From assembly GCF_000485595.1 (NCBI RefSeq), contig NW_014577068.1:904216-968215 (forward strand): a stretch of DNA of 64,000 nucleotides, in the 5' to 3' direction. A model generated the notes under the pieces. That model was not told the origin of the DNA, ran no database searches, and saw nothing but the letters and a program-made list of their open reading frames with translations. This DNA comes from Priapulus caudatus (lineage: Eukaryota). Within the stretch, counting starts at the first letter, position 1, and the number at the start of each line of letters is the position of its first letter. Positions 1-14,314 of the stretch are shown piece by piece. A program made the translations under genes and the position numbers.

Positions 1-1611
1 CTGTACAGGTGAGGAGAGTGAGACCCGAGCTTTGGGTGGGTGAGGAGGGTAGAAACAATTGAGATATGTGTGCGTGAGGGATGTGAAACACGGAGGTCTG
101 TGGTGGTGAGGAGTAGAACCAGCTGAGCAGTTGGAGTGAGGCGAGTGGAAACACTGAGCTGGTGAGATAGTGAAAACCCCTGAGCAGTGGGTGAGAGAGT
201 GAAACATGAGCAGTGGGCGAGGGAGTGAAAACCACTGAGCCGTGCGTGAGGTAAAGGTTTGAAATAATTTAGCGAGGGGTGAAAACCAGTCTGAGCACTG
301 AGGGGGTGAGGGGGTGATAGGGTAAAACCTAGCTTTCAGACTAAATACGCTTCTACGGTCGTACATGCACAGCGGCCGTTCTAGGGGCTAGGCGGCACCA
401 TTAATAACGAGCCACGTAGCCCTGTCGGCTGTAGTACCGTACTTACGTACGACTCGCCGAGTTTACACGTGCAGTGCGAGCTAGGTCAAGACACGCCGCA
501 GACAATTTCGTTACGAAATGTTTTTGTCACGTGCCGATAAAAATATTTTCACGGGCTGTGATTGGTTGTTGATGACGATGTCGCTGGAAATAAAAGATTC
601 TAAATATTTTGGTCGTTACGGCTGTCGCCCAACGTATCACGGTGCGTGTGCAACAGCTCACTGGAAACAATAGCTTCTAATTTTTCTAAAAATGTCGTTA
701 TGACATTACGGTTGGTCGTTGTGCTGCAGGTGTCTTACCTTTAAGAACATGCAACCAACGACTCTGAGTCTAAAGGCATCACACATACTGTCAAAGACGA
801 TATAAACATACAGCATGCGGTCGCCGCTGCTTCAGCCGCATATAGAGGCAGCGTCACATTACAGCCATAGTTACTAAGCGGTCATCGTTCAACACTTCGA
901 CGCTCTCTCTCGTACCGTGGATGATCGGGATTGATCAACAACCGGCCTCCTTCCCCATACATGTATCATAACAACCCAGCTAGAAGACAGATCGCGGGCC
1001 TAGCTAGCACACAGCGCTCAGCGGTGTCAACGGGAAATCGCATGTGCAATGCGTATAACCCGTGTTGTGTAACCAACTTCCACTTGGCAGCATGTGCAGC
1101 CTTTACGCTTGCTCTACGATCAGCCTTGTCTCTTATTGAGATATCTGCTTATAATGAAAGTTATAGGGCGTACCAGTTACACCCTTTTATCTCAATGCAT
1201 TACATGGGCATCCACATGAGAGACCGCATTGCGTCGTAAACACCGCGTTTTACGAAGCCTACTATGTTCCCGTAACATTGATGGTCATACGAATTCGCAA
1301 TACTACGCATTGTGCCACGCAAATATGCGGCCATATTTCCATTCATACAGCCAAACGAGATTTTAAAAACAACAAGTAAATTATTTAAACGAAAAACTTG
1401 GAAACAAGCGAAACGCAGTCATAACATCAACCTCATACACAGACAGAGCTCTATCAATTAGCACTCACACAGTGACATAAATATCAGGGAATGTTAGCAG
1501 CAACGGCTTTGCATCAGTAAAAATCACAAAATGGGAAAAATAAAGTTGCTAGTTTTAGGAAGCAGTGTCCGTGTTTTAGCAATTATTACTGTTTAGATCA
1601 ATTTAATCCAT

Positions 1612-1643
<32 letters not shown>

Positions 1644-3559
1644 GTAGTAGTAGTAGCAGTAGAGTAACGTTTATAACGGTGATGTTGGCATACCGTAGCC
1701 ACTCAAACTCATTGCTAATTCAATTCGCAGACAAACATGAATTTGTACTGAACGAGAACGTACAGAAGCAAAACGTCGTATATGATATATAATGATGATC
1801 CCCCATCTCTCTGTTATTACATTCCTCTCCGCGATAGACACTGACCCTTCCCTTAAGCTCTATCCGATTCGTATGACTGCACTTAATGCTGCTACAATAA
1901 TATGTTCCGTGTCACAATTCACTTCGTCTGCCCCTAACTTGAACATATTCTTCTGCGCCACTCCTTCTTTATCTATCCGGCTTCACTTCCCTTCTCTTCA
2001 CCTCCTCTTCCATCACTGCTTCTTTCTTCTCTCTCCGATGAATGTCAATCTTTGCTCTTGCAGGAGCTTAGATAACAAAAGATCCTTCTACATCCGTCGT
2101 CACATGTATAATTCTCTCTGAGTTTAATTTTTGCCGCTTTTTCGAGTTAACTGGATTATGGAGTTAATTAGAGACTGAGTATTGGCGGAATTAAATATTT
2201 GTGTGATATAGGCCATCACTCGATTTTCTACACACCTTGACCATCCTTCTCTCACATTATCATCACTATAGCTCTCTTTACTCCACTTCTATCTTTTACT
2301 ACACATCTGCACACGCACTCATATTCTCCTTATCTCCTACTCATCTGCTCTCTATCTATACTCGCCTCTTCTCTGCATTCTAGCGCGAGTCAATTTAGCT
2401 AATCGAGTACTATTCTTACATCCGCGCGGCTCTTCTCTCTCTCTCTCCAGTCACTACTCTCACCTGCCACATCCTCTCTTTTCACCGCTTCCATTTCTCT
2501 CTTCTCCTCCATCTATAATTCGGTCCTGTTATCTTCGCGCGCTCCATCTCACGTTCAGCCTCCACCTCCACACACTCTCTTCTCTACTATTTTCCGCATC
2601 TTCAATCACTCATATTCTTCACTTATCCTATCTATCCCTCCCTCCAGCATCTCTCCTGCTCTCATATCCAAATCATCCATTACTATTCTATATACCCTCT
2701 AAGAAGGTACCACCCACACACTGCCACATCAATAAACATATATTCTAATCATCTAAGTACCACCTATACACATCATGCACACAGCTAATAGTAATATATT
2801 ATAATATCTTACTTATCTATAAGTACTCCCACGACATTTCCCACAATCAATAACAATATATTCTACGATCAGGTGTGAATAATAAACCACCCACACACCC
2901 TTTCTCATCATCCCCATACTTAACATTAATTGTATCGATTCTACGTGCCTGCAGTGCCCTTAATTCTATGCCATACGCACAGTCCTACCACTACCGTGCC
3001 CACATGGCAAGATGCTAAATCATAATACTTCTATGATACTATATAATGTATACCTACTCAATCACATGGCACATCGGAATTAGTCTTTTCTTTCCTCACC
3101 TACTTCAGTCCTCACTCTCCACCATCATCTTCGCATCTCATCAATCACATAACTACTTCTCTATTATCCTCGATCCTCCACTTCCTCCTCGCTCTCTTCC
3201 CTAATCTCTCCACAGCTCACCTGCACAGCAATAGCATATATTCTACATCAGTACCACCCACCACTGCCAACATCAAAGTCTCTCCTTCTCTTTATTTCTC
3301 CTAATCTTCCCTCTCTCATCGCTAACGCACCTCCACACACTCTGTCTCACCACTTCTCATCATCTAGTCTCCATTATCCTTCCTCGTATCATCAGTACCA
3401 CCATCCCATTCTTACTTTCTCGCCACTATCTCTCCCTCTCATCCTCCATTAGCTATTAGTCTTCTTCTACCCTGAGTGATTCTCCACTTGTCAGCACCCT
3501 ACTTTGCTCATCAGCCATTATTACCGCATGATTATTTCAATCATTCTAAAGTACGCATG

Positions 3560-4145
3560 CACCACACACTGCGCACATCAATAGCATATTTCTACATCAG
3601 TACCACCCACACCATGCACAGCAATATATTCATACATCGAGACCACCCAAGCACTGCACGATAATAACATATTTCTACAATCAGTAACCACCCCACACCA
3701 CTAGCACAGCATATATTCTACATCACTACCACCACACACTGCCAACAGCAAGTAACATATATTCTACATCAGTACCCCCACACACTGCACAGCAATAACA
3801 TATATTCTACATCAGTACCACCCACACACTGCACAGCATAATTATATTCACCATCCAGTACACCCACACTGCACATCAATAACATATATTCTACATCAGT
3901 ACCACCCACACACTGCACATCAATAACATATATTCTACATCAGTACCACCCACACACTGCACATCAATAACATATATTCTACATCAGTACCACCCACCAC
4001 ATGCACAATCAATAACAAGATTTATCTACATCAGTATGCCACCCACACACTGCACATCAGATAACACATATATTCTACCAGTCCCCTCAAAAAACTACCA
4101 CCCCACACACTGCCAATCAATAGCATAGAATCGTACATCAGTACC
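3560..4145 (+). repeat. 44-bp tandem repeat; degraded copies back to about 2700
   Basis: acatcagtaccacccacacactgcacatcaataacatatattct. Confidence 0.9.
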
Positions 4146-4406
4146 GCCCACTCAGGAGTGTCATAATATATTCAGGAGTGTCATAATATAGTCAGGAGTG
4201 TCATAATATATTCAGGAGTGTCATAATATATCCATAGCGAGAGGAGTGAGTCTACTTTCCACTCTGCTTGCGCCCCGAAGCGGCCATGTGCTGCCAGGCC
4301 GTATAGACGTTATGTAGGGAAGGTTTTTGGTGTCACACGTTACACGTCGGTCAATGATCGTAGACAGTGATGGTCGAAGACGTCGTGTACAATATAGACG
4401 GCTTTA

Positions 4407-4445
<39 letters not shown>

Positions 4446-7400
4446 CAACATACATAAGCACAACAGTACGCAAGTGCCTCTTGTCCCTCTCCGCTATTTC
4501 TCCTTCTCTCCCTTTTCCACATCCCTGCTGTTTATATAGCTCGGGCGCGTTATGTAGGCGTTTAGTTATGTTTTAGTCCCGCACAGCCGCGTCAGACCAC
4601 ATGATTTACTCCGTAGGCGCTACAATAATAAAAACAAGCACCAAATCAGCATGACTGTGTAGGCAGTAAATGGCCCCGACGGAAACGCCAAACTATCTGT
4701 CATGGAATGAGCAGGAATTGGCTCTGGGAAACAGCTGAGATTTTTATTGTGATTTTAGTGTCAGTACTATAGTAGTATTAACGTAGAAATACGGAAAGCC
4801 ATTAGTAGGGGCTAATACTTTCCACAACTACAGCGCTCTCCCAGCTCTACCACGTGAAGCCGCGCTAAGAGAACTTCACAAAAAATGGCGTAAAAAAGTT
4901 TGTGTGGGTTAGTTTTTAACTGTGTCAGTTAGCAGCTTGCATTTTTGGCCCCAATGGCAGAGCCTGATCATGAGACGTCCACACAAACACAGCCCACCAC
5001 AAACCATCTGTGAACCATGAACAACTAGGCGTAATTTCACTGGTCACATTTCTAGTGTTCATGTAATAGAGGGAAACAGTACTTAGAAGTATAGTTGACT
5101 AATATTTTTAAGGAAATTTTGGTCATTTCATTTACCTGCGGAAGCAACTTAATTCCCATTTATGACGGAGTTTTTAAAGTATGTTCTGCACCTCACCTCT
5201 GAACACTACTGGAATTCAATATCTGCCAATCATGGCATCCCCTTCTACGGAAGGCAGCGTTACTAGGGGTTCTTCTCTTTCCCCTCCCCCTTTTTTTCTG
5301 TGTAAAAATGGCCAAGAGCCTAGTTAGCCAGTAGGTAGCATTACATTCCAGGTTGTAGGTGTGCCAACGGGGATACCCTCACTTAGGTGTACGTTAATGT
5401 CCCATGTTGCTGAAACTCGGGTAAAGAATACGCATTTTATAAATTATGGCCACTTAACTGGGGATTACGAAACCTAAAGTCGCGCTAATAGATCTTTACA
5501 AAAATTGTGTAAAAAAGTGTTTGGGTGGGCTAGTTTTTAACTGTGTCGGTTGGCAGCTTGCATTTTTGGTCCCTGCATAGCAGAGCATGAGACACCTTAC
5601 TATAATGTGAAACACGTACCTTGTTGATGTACTTTACATGACGAGATATGTCCTACGATGCAGTTTACTGCCAATTTGAAACCGGTATCGTATTACCCAT
5701 GCAGTGTTGGTTTTCTTTTCAATGTGAAGACTTGGTAATGTTATATCTGTCATCGTGAAGCTCGATAGCTGGATAGTCCGTCAGGTTTGTACTTGAAGTA
5801 AATATAGTGCGACATTAATTGCCATATAATTATTCACTAGCATTTTTAGTATTTTTTTTATTTGTTGTCATATACGTTTGCTCTAGTTTAGCTCAAGAGC
5901 AAGCTTCGGTCGGGTAGGCGTATAACGTATAATTTAATACGTACTTTTACGTGTTAAAGTATTCACTTATTAATTAAAGTTAAACTTTTTGCACACTCGG
6001 TAGAAGACCACAATGCAATTAAGTTCAGCAAGCTCGGCTATGAACATCTTCGTCAGCTGTGCTCACTCAAAATTTAAATTTGGTTGTAATTTGTGCCTAG
6101 AATTGACCAGGCTCTGAGGCAATTGAGACTGCATTTAGTATTGCTGTTTACAGTTGCTCATGCATTGAAAGGAAGCCAGTTTCTCGTTCATATGTTTTAC
6201 AGGAGAATTCTTTTTTATAAAGACGCCAGCCAGTGTTCCTGTTATCAAATTGTAATCGATAGGTGCTGGACTTTTTCCCTTTCATGCTATTCATTCTACC
6301 TTATACAAATTCCTTTCCTAGAGTGAATTGTGCTCATTCATGCTAAAGCCCGTTGTTTTTTAATGAGTGTATTTTAGTGAGAACTGTATGCTGAGTTTGT
6401 CAAATCGACTCTGTGTTTTGTCACGCGTCACACTGAGAAGTGACATGCTTATAGTACAACGGTTTGTCAATTCCAGAAGGTACAGTACGTAGTAAGTACC
6501 AAACAGTGAAACTGAGCAAAACATTAATCATTATAAGAATTGTATTTGTGTAGTCTTGTGTTTGTACAGTTCCCATGTAACTGCTGAATTATGGAAACGT
6601 TTTCTAGTTAATAAATAGTCGTCTATATATGAAAATTTAGACTTCATTTAAAAACAATCTACATGAAACTAGGCAATTAATGTTTTTACTTGAGTGAAAG
6701 TTTTTCGTGGAATTGCCCATATGCCTTACATACTCCAGGGGCAATGTACACAATCCGCAGTACGTGATTAAAAGCGCATGCTGTGATTTGATAGAAAATG
6801 TTCTGTAGAGAGCGGATCACTGTTGTAATTCAGTAGATTTGAACTCGTGAGCCTACAAGTTGGCCGTGGCGAGTGTAACGAAGCTAATTAACTGGACGTG
6901 ATGCGGCCATGATGCCGAGGCGCGCCGAGGATTGATACTTTGTGTCTTCCAATCACAGCTTACGCCGCACCAGAGTTTTATATTTTTATAGGTGGGGACC
7001 CATTGGACCACCAAATCACCTATCTCAGGAACTAGGGCATTCTGCTAGGCTATATAGAACGGTTTCCTACGATAGAGTTTGGCACAAATACGAAAATAAC
7101 ACGCTGTTTAGCGCACTGTGCTACGTCCTTCTGTTGCATTTTCGCATTTCCGTAATCAGAATAAGCCCCGCCTTCTTCGTTGATGGGCATGAATGTAGCG
7201 TCAACGACGTGACCGATTAGCTGCTGCATGCGTGTAGGTGTTTGGCGAGACTGTTTGCTTTTCGTAAATAATGAAAGGCCCGGCTGATGCATTTCGCACC
7301 GAAGTGGGAAAATTAGGCATTTTTACCCGCTTTCGGAAGTGAACGAGTGCGTCATTCATTGTACATTAAAGTTTTTCTTAAAATGAAATAATTCAGAAAA

Positions 7401-9891
7401 TCCCTAACCACGCTACTCTATTGTTTTAGCCAATGAACGTAGCTGTGTGTGTGACGTCTTGCTCGCGCGCTTTATGCTTGGCTTATAGCGGGGCTCGAAA
7501 TGGATACCGGAGGCACGCACCTCGCAACACGCGTGTTTGTTTACATATAGCTTTATGACATCAGGATGGGCGGTGTCGGGAATTCAGCGATGATAACCTC
7601 GTAATTTCTCAGCATTTCTTAAGGTGCATGGAACATTTTACCAATTTAGTGGTGTCAGTTAGTCACGGATATGTCACAGTAAGTACTATACGTATATGTT
7701 TCACATACGTTCACTTATTTTGCACACAGGCGGTCGATCATTGTGAAAAATTGTGTGAATATTTATTTTTATTGAGACGTTCCAAGTACCTGTGCTTTCA
7801 TCAGTCTTGTAGGCCTACGTCAATGCACGTGCGCCAAGAGCCATAAACTCAACACAATTTCATCTCTGTTATTGTTTACGCCTGAATGCGTGATTGCATG
7901 ATCAGGGAGGGTGTGCATGTAAGAGGGAGACATTTTCTTTGGGGTTCCGAAAAACACAATTCCACTTGACAATTTCATGGGCCATTTCAATTGGACGCTC
8001 GGCATAATGGACCCCCAACAAGCCCTTTAACTGACTAGTCAAGAAATTCAAAGGTCTATATATTGCTCTTATTTAGCCGCCGATAGTTCTTATTTATAAC
8101 AAAGTCTTCATTGTTATCATCTAAAACTACAGACCATCCGCTGACCGTTGTGGAGACGTGCGCCGGGCCTCGAATTTGGCGCACGTCTCCACTGCGGACA
8201 GCGCGTCATACTTGAACATCCTCGCGGTCGCGTGCGCATATCCCGCGGAACTGCGCGTCTCATCCGCGCGCAGCGCTCAGGATCAACAGCAAAGCTGTGC
8301 CACGCAATCTTGTATCATGTCTCTCTGGCTTACACTGGCCATTTAATATCGTAGATCGTATTTCAGCATAATTGAATCAACGGTAGATACATGTTTTTAC
8401 CTCAACCCATTTGTTGGGGTGTATTAGTTATATTATCTTTTATTAATGCGTGCGTGGAGAGACTAACGGAACTTGCGTAGGCAATAAAATGTTTCATCAC
8501 TTCAACACCTTGCCTTTATTTCAACTACCCACCTGTTAATCGTTTAACTTCCGCTCACTTGCACAGTTTTCAATAATTTTTTTTTTAATCTGCCATCATA
8601 TGAGTTGTAAATTCTCTGATTCAATATATATACCAGGTTTTACTGGCGTGTGCATGTCTCGTGAATTCTTTGGCTAACTGGTTAATTAACAGCTTGTTGT
8701 TTTATTTAAGAATTTAGAAAGAAGAAAATTCGTGAGCTGCATGTGTCATTCTGAGACTTCTTTTTTACCCTTTTCTTTTTATTAGGTTTCATTCGTGGCG
8801 GGTTTTTAGGCATGAGAATTTTCCGTGGATTCGCGGATTTCCGGGTGGTTTTCATTTGAGTCATTCTTGAGATTGATGCAAAAGAACTAATAAAAATCTT
8901 GGGGGGGGGGGGGGTAATGCCTACTTTTTTGTCAAAATGTCCTTTCCAAAAACATCTCAACCTGTTCTCGAGCATGCCTTAACCAATGCATTTTGTCATA
9001 CTGAAATGAATTCACGGGGAAAATTTAATAACTGAAGCCTCCTAAACGTGTTAAGCTCAATATTCTAGACTTTCTAAACTCGATTTATTCGGTTGGGTAC
9101 TGGCGTAATCTATGGCTAACCGGTGAATTAATTTTTAGCTGAATGCGTCTGGATTTTATTTAAATCTGGTCCATATATATTCCCTTGCGGCATGGCCCAT
9201 CGGTGAAGTGGAATAATTCTGTATGTCTGCTAGACCCCTACTGTACTGTATGCACGTAGACGCATGCTTGTAAGTGCTCTATGGCATCTATCATTATGAA
9301 ACTGTATAAATATCTGTATAACGGTTATACTGCGAGACTTAAAGTAGCGTTACTAACGCGTTAACTAGCATTAATTAACTAAGTCTATGTTGAACAGTTT
9401 CGTGTTCTCTCTTCTTGCCAGTCTCGATAAATCAACCGGGTCATCATTTTTTATTATGTGTTATATTAATTATTCGTCGTCGTCACGTACTACAGAAATA
9501 CTTTGCGGTCCACAGACAGCCAGAGGCCAAACTAACAAGTTAGTTTTTAAAGTTTTAACAAGTTAGTTTTTAAAGTTTTAACAAGTTTTTCGTTTTTAAC
9601 AAGAAGTAGGTTAGTATTTGAAATACGTATAAACTTAAAATGTTTAATTGCAGCTAATGAAGAAACAATTGTTCATACTTACCTGACATGGGATTATAGG
9701 ACTACAGTAACTATATTACACAATATTCCTGTTTCTAGAAATCGGTAGTATTCATAAGTTTATATTTCGTTTAGCAGTGTAACAAAACCTTAAACTATTA
9801 ATGCGTTGCAATAGTGGATGGCAGGATATCAATACATTGATAGTGAATTTAGATGGCAGGATATCAATACATTGATAGTGAATTTAGATGA

Positions 9892-10058
9892 TTCACTCTC
9901 TCACCCACTGCTCAGTGGTTTCACTATCTCACCCACTGCTCAGTGGTTTCACTCCCTCACCCACTGCTCAGTGGTTTCACTCCCTCACCCACACATACCT
10001 CAATTGTTTCACCCCCTCACCCACCCAAAGCTCGGTGGTCTCACTCCCTCACCTACAG
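9892..10058 (+). repeat. ~27-bp tandem repeat; also at 15675-15785 (+), 1-250 (-) and 19300-19445 (-)
   Basis: ctcacccactgctcagtggtttcactc. Confidence 0.85.
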
Positions 10059-11609
10059 AGATCAATGGTTCAAGTCTCTAATCCGACGAGAGTACGGTGG
10101 TTACGTGAGGGCCACTGTTGCACAAACCGCACAGTCTCTATCGTGGCGAGTATATAGGGCGATTGTTTAGTACCATCAGGGTACCATAAGGGTCGTCAGA
10201 ACTCAGAAGGCAGTATAACGAAGGTGACCGTGCAGTAATTAATCGCTCATCTGATACTGCTCAGACTGACAGCTGAGCCTACGAAGATTGCACGAAGTCG
10301 CAAATTGCAGTGCAGAGACGAGGACGCGTGCGTGTGCAGCTCAGACGATCGAAGACGGCTGCCTGCCGCAGGATTGCATAAGAGCCGTCTAGTTTGAGCC
10401 GCTCCGCCCTCTGAAACTATCCGCTGTATCTCGCATTAAACCTAAACAGGCCTGTAAAGCCTGATACGCGAGAATGTGAAATTTTGTTAAACTCGGAATG
10501 CAAATGGATTCACACAGTAACTGATTAGTTTCATGTGCATGACTGCTCTTTGAGGGGGAAATGTCGCAAGACATTTTTTGGCGACATATTTCTGGCCGCT
10601 TGCTTTGTCATGTTTCTGAAAACACGATGTCGTAGTCTCTGACGTCAAGAATCGATTGCATGACGTCATATCCAGAGATACTGAGCGGGGAAGAACTTGT
10701 TCATATCAGTCTATAAAGAAATTGAGGGGAACTGCACATTGTGGCATATATGCTTATTATTATATCACCAAATAATTAAAATAAGTATAAGAGTAAATAG
10801 TAACAATAAATAGAGTTCATGTATCCTGAGAAATAGCACATTTCATCCCATACCCATCGAAATCTGGAACCCTAAACTACCTGACATAGCACTTACGTGA
10901 CTCACTGCCAAGTTCCTGTTCAATTTATTAGCACGATTATGTGTAAAAACATGTGTTTCCTAGACTCCTACTATCGTATAACGTCTTCACGCTTGCTTTC
11001 CTCCGGACGACTCACACCCATACATTAATTGCCATGAATGGCAGGAGCAAATTTATTGTTACCAGCGCAGCGTAATGATGTGCTGCAACTTCTTTATCAC
11101 TGCGCTCAGACATTTTGCTATGTATTTCAATGCCGACAACTTCATTAAAACGCCGACCGCGTGCCGTGCCGTGCGTGCGTGCCGTGCGTGCGTGCGTTGG
11201 CTCAGCAGATAGTTCGCCGTGTGCGGCGGGCTTTACGCTTTATCGATAGAAGCAAAATATCGTGTATCCTAGCTCTAGCTATCCTAGCTGCAAGCACTTC
11301 GTTTGCTCTATTCATCTCGTCTGTAGTTTGGAGCATTGTTTAATATTGAGTTAGTCGGAGATATGTGCGGTATAGCGCGATGATGTTGTTGTTCCGCCGT
11401 TCGACGACGAGGGGGAGCGAATCAATGCGTTATGTACAGAATGCCGATGATTTTAAAACTATTTAAACGATATATCAAAGTGAAATATACTAGACACTAC
11501 TATACCACTAAATAGTGACCAGTGACTAGAAGTAGATGTGTGCGTGTGCGTGTGCGTGTGCGTGTGCGTGTGCGTGTGTTTGCTCGCGTGCGTGCGCGTG
11601 TGCGTGTGT

Positions 11610-11642
<33 letters not shown>

Positions 11643-14007
11643 GGCTTGAGGTTGTCATAACGATTTGCTTGAGTCGCTCTGCCAATGCACGTAGTATCGT
11701 CACATGACTAAATTAACTCTTCGTTTACGGACATTGCCAATGCTAAAAAGCGATATTTAGGTGCACGATATATTGATCGGCTACTTTTAATCCTTAGTAT
11801 TTATGTAGATTTTTTTCGTTATTTTGCGGCTTTTGCTAACATATTACATGGTGGATTTTTTACTCGCCTCTCTCGAAGGAAAAACAGACGCATTTTACGT
11901 GATTTAGTGAAGAGAAAAAAGTACAACTAAATATTTTGTGTCGTACACGACGGCATATTAGTGATGCTAAATTCGCACGTAATGACATCAGAAGTCCCCG
12001 CGTCAAATGACACAACCCACCACGACAGCTCAGTTAGGATGATCAGCGACTGAACTCGGTGATTAACTTCTTCGTGAACTTGTTCTCCATTTGCTGGCGA
12101 TTCTTGCGCGGATTAAATCTGCGCACTGCCGCATGTTTTTTCGGCGTGTAGGTATGCTACTGTACTGCTTGCAGTACGACCAGCTTTCCCCCATCATTAC
12201 TGTCACGACGGAACACGTAACGCGGAAGTCTAAACCGCACACTTCCGGTTTTGTTTCTTGTCGCGTGTCTTGACAGTTCTCGTGCGTCAGAGATCAGTTG
12301 CGCGAGATATGGATAGTGGTTTTGTTTGATTTGTAAACGAGTTTTGTCAATCAGCGCGCTGATATGTGTCAGATGAAATTGTGGTCTTGTGATATTAGTA
12401 TTCAACATTTGACTATAGAGTACATTTGATATGAGGTGGGATTCTATTGCTGGTGATAAATGCATATACGATGTAGTCAATAGAACTGAGCAAATACCCC
12501 CTGGCCTGCTGGTCTGTCTATGTTTGCGTCTCACTGTATGGCCACTGGGCGTCCGCATGTACGCAAATCAAGTAGCAACAGCTCTGAATGCTAGCTACTG
12601 TTTTCCCGTCTGCATATGTTTAAAGGTTATAATGCTGCTAACTGCCTGCTAGTGTTTCATCACATGTGTGACCATCAGTGAGTCCACTGCATGCAGCCCT
12701 CCCCCGTCTTATCCTATATCCGCGTGTTACAGCTGTTTTCGCTGTGGGGTTGATACACACGGTCTTCGCCGGCCACATTTTGGAATGCACGTAAGCTCAT
12801 ATATATATATTTTACGGCCACTATTTACATGATTGCTGGGCTGTAAACGGCGCACCGCAGACGAGTGATGACCGGCCAGCGCTCATGGGTGGTAGACAGT
12901 GGTTTACACCACTACTGCTGGCCGTATAGCCCCGATCACATTGTCGGCAAGTTAAGTCTACTCACGTTCATTTCGCTTCAGCTAAAAAGGAAGGGAGTGG
13001 CTAGCACAGGTTGCCGGCTAGTACATGTATTGCGTGCGCGTCTGCGCGTGATACGTTCGTTTTCGCCGCATTTCTGATCGACTCGTTGTGTGTGGGCCTG
13101 TCTGAATAGATCGACAGTACAGTACAGGGGGGGGGGGAGTGATAACAAATGATTCACGCGTCTGCTATATTGGACTGTGACGTGCTACGGCGTTTTGTTC
13201 CAAACGTGTACTCCATATATGTATGATTACTTTTCACGTTTTTGCGAAGCTGCGCAACTGCCGCTATATTGCAAACGTTTATTCAGTACTTCGTTCTCGA
13301 ACGGATTTCGTCGCGCATGCAGTTATCAAAGATGCATGTTCTCCCCCGCTCGCTTAATTTGCGCACGCGTAAAACTTTGAGCGCTGTAGCCGCTGCTGTG
13401 GTCGGTGTTGAGTGAGGAAATCCTGTGCCTAATGAAACGAGGGTGTTGAAGTAGCGAGTCTGGGCAGTGCTTAGATTCGATCACGTTCATTCTCACTCTG
13501 TCGGGCGCCGGCGGGTCCGGTCTTGTTCCGCTTCGAAAACAGAAACCGAGATGGATGCAGAAAGGTTCAGTCGTGAAGCTCGCAGATGAAGAGTAGATAT
13601 AATATCCTCCTCCCCAGCCTCAGCATCTCTTCCCTGATCAGCGCGCCGACTGTAGGAGACGGAACCATAAGAGCCGTAGCCTCGCGGTATCGGCGCACTA
13701 AATCTAGGGCACATGTCTCGTGGCAGTGTACATATATACATGTGTGATGCTGACCCGACGTCAAACGATGGCGACACCTCATCAGTGTTTCAGATATTTC
13801 TTTACAGCTGATGAGGTTACGCGGTTTCGTTGTAACCGGAGAAGCGTGAATGGCGGCTGCGTTTCATTGTGCGATCTATTGACGCGCTATCGTCAACGAC
13901 TGTATCATATATGATCTTGTATGATTGTGTTGTCATCATTGATATCATGACAACGTACTGCCCCTATGTACAGCATTACAAAATTCACAGAATACGCCTG
14001 TATTGCA

Positions 14008-14310
14008 TATAGTCAGGAGTGTCATGGTATAGTTAGGAGTGTCATGATATATAGTCAAGAGTGCCATGATATAGTCAGGAGTATCATGATATAGTCAGGA
14101 GTGTCATAATATAGTTAGGAGTGTCATAATATAGTCAGGAGTGTCATAATATAGTCAGGAGTGTCATGGTATAGTTAGGAGTGTCATAATATAGTCAGGA
14201 GTGTCATAATATAGTTAGGAGTGTCATGATATAGTCAGGAGTGTCATGATATAGTTAGGAGTGTCATGGTATAGTTAGGAGTGTCATGGTATATTCAGGA
14301 TTGCCATAAT
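14008..14310 (+). repeat. 20-bp tandem repeat (about 15 copies); 4 copies also at 4152-4230
   Basis: atagtcaggagtgtcataat. Confidence 0.9.
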
Positions 14311-14314
14311 ATAA

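Noticed and set aside
1680..3560. Pyrimidine-rich block as a regulatory or triplex element
   Set aside because: It grades into garbled copies of the 44-bp repeat and looks like low-quality read sequence.
9674..9692. ATACTTACCTG resembling the U1 snRNA 5' end
   Set aside because: Only 11 nt match and the downstream sequence is not U1. It is simply a consensus donor on the opposite strand, with no coding exon I could support.
13493..13777. 94-aa ORF on -
   Set aside because: No recognisable family and no splice-site support.
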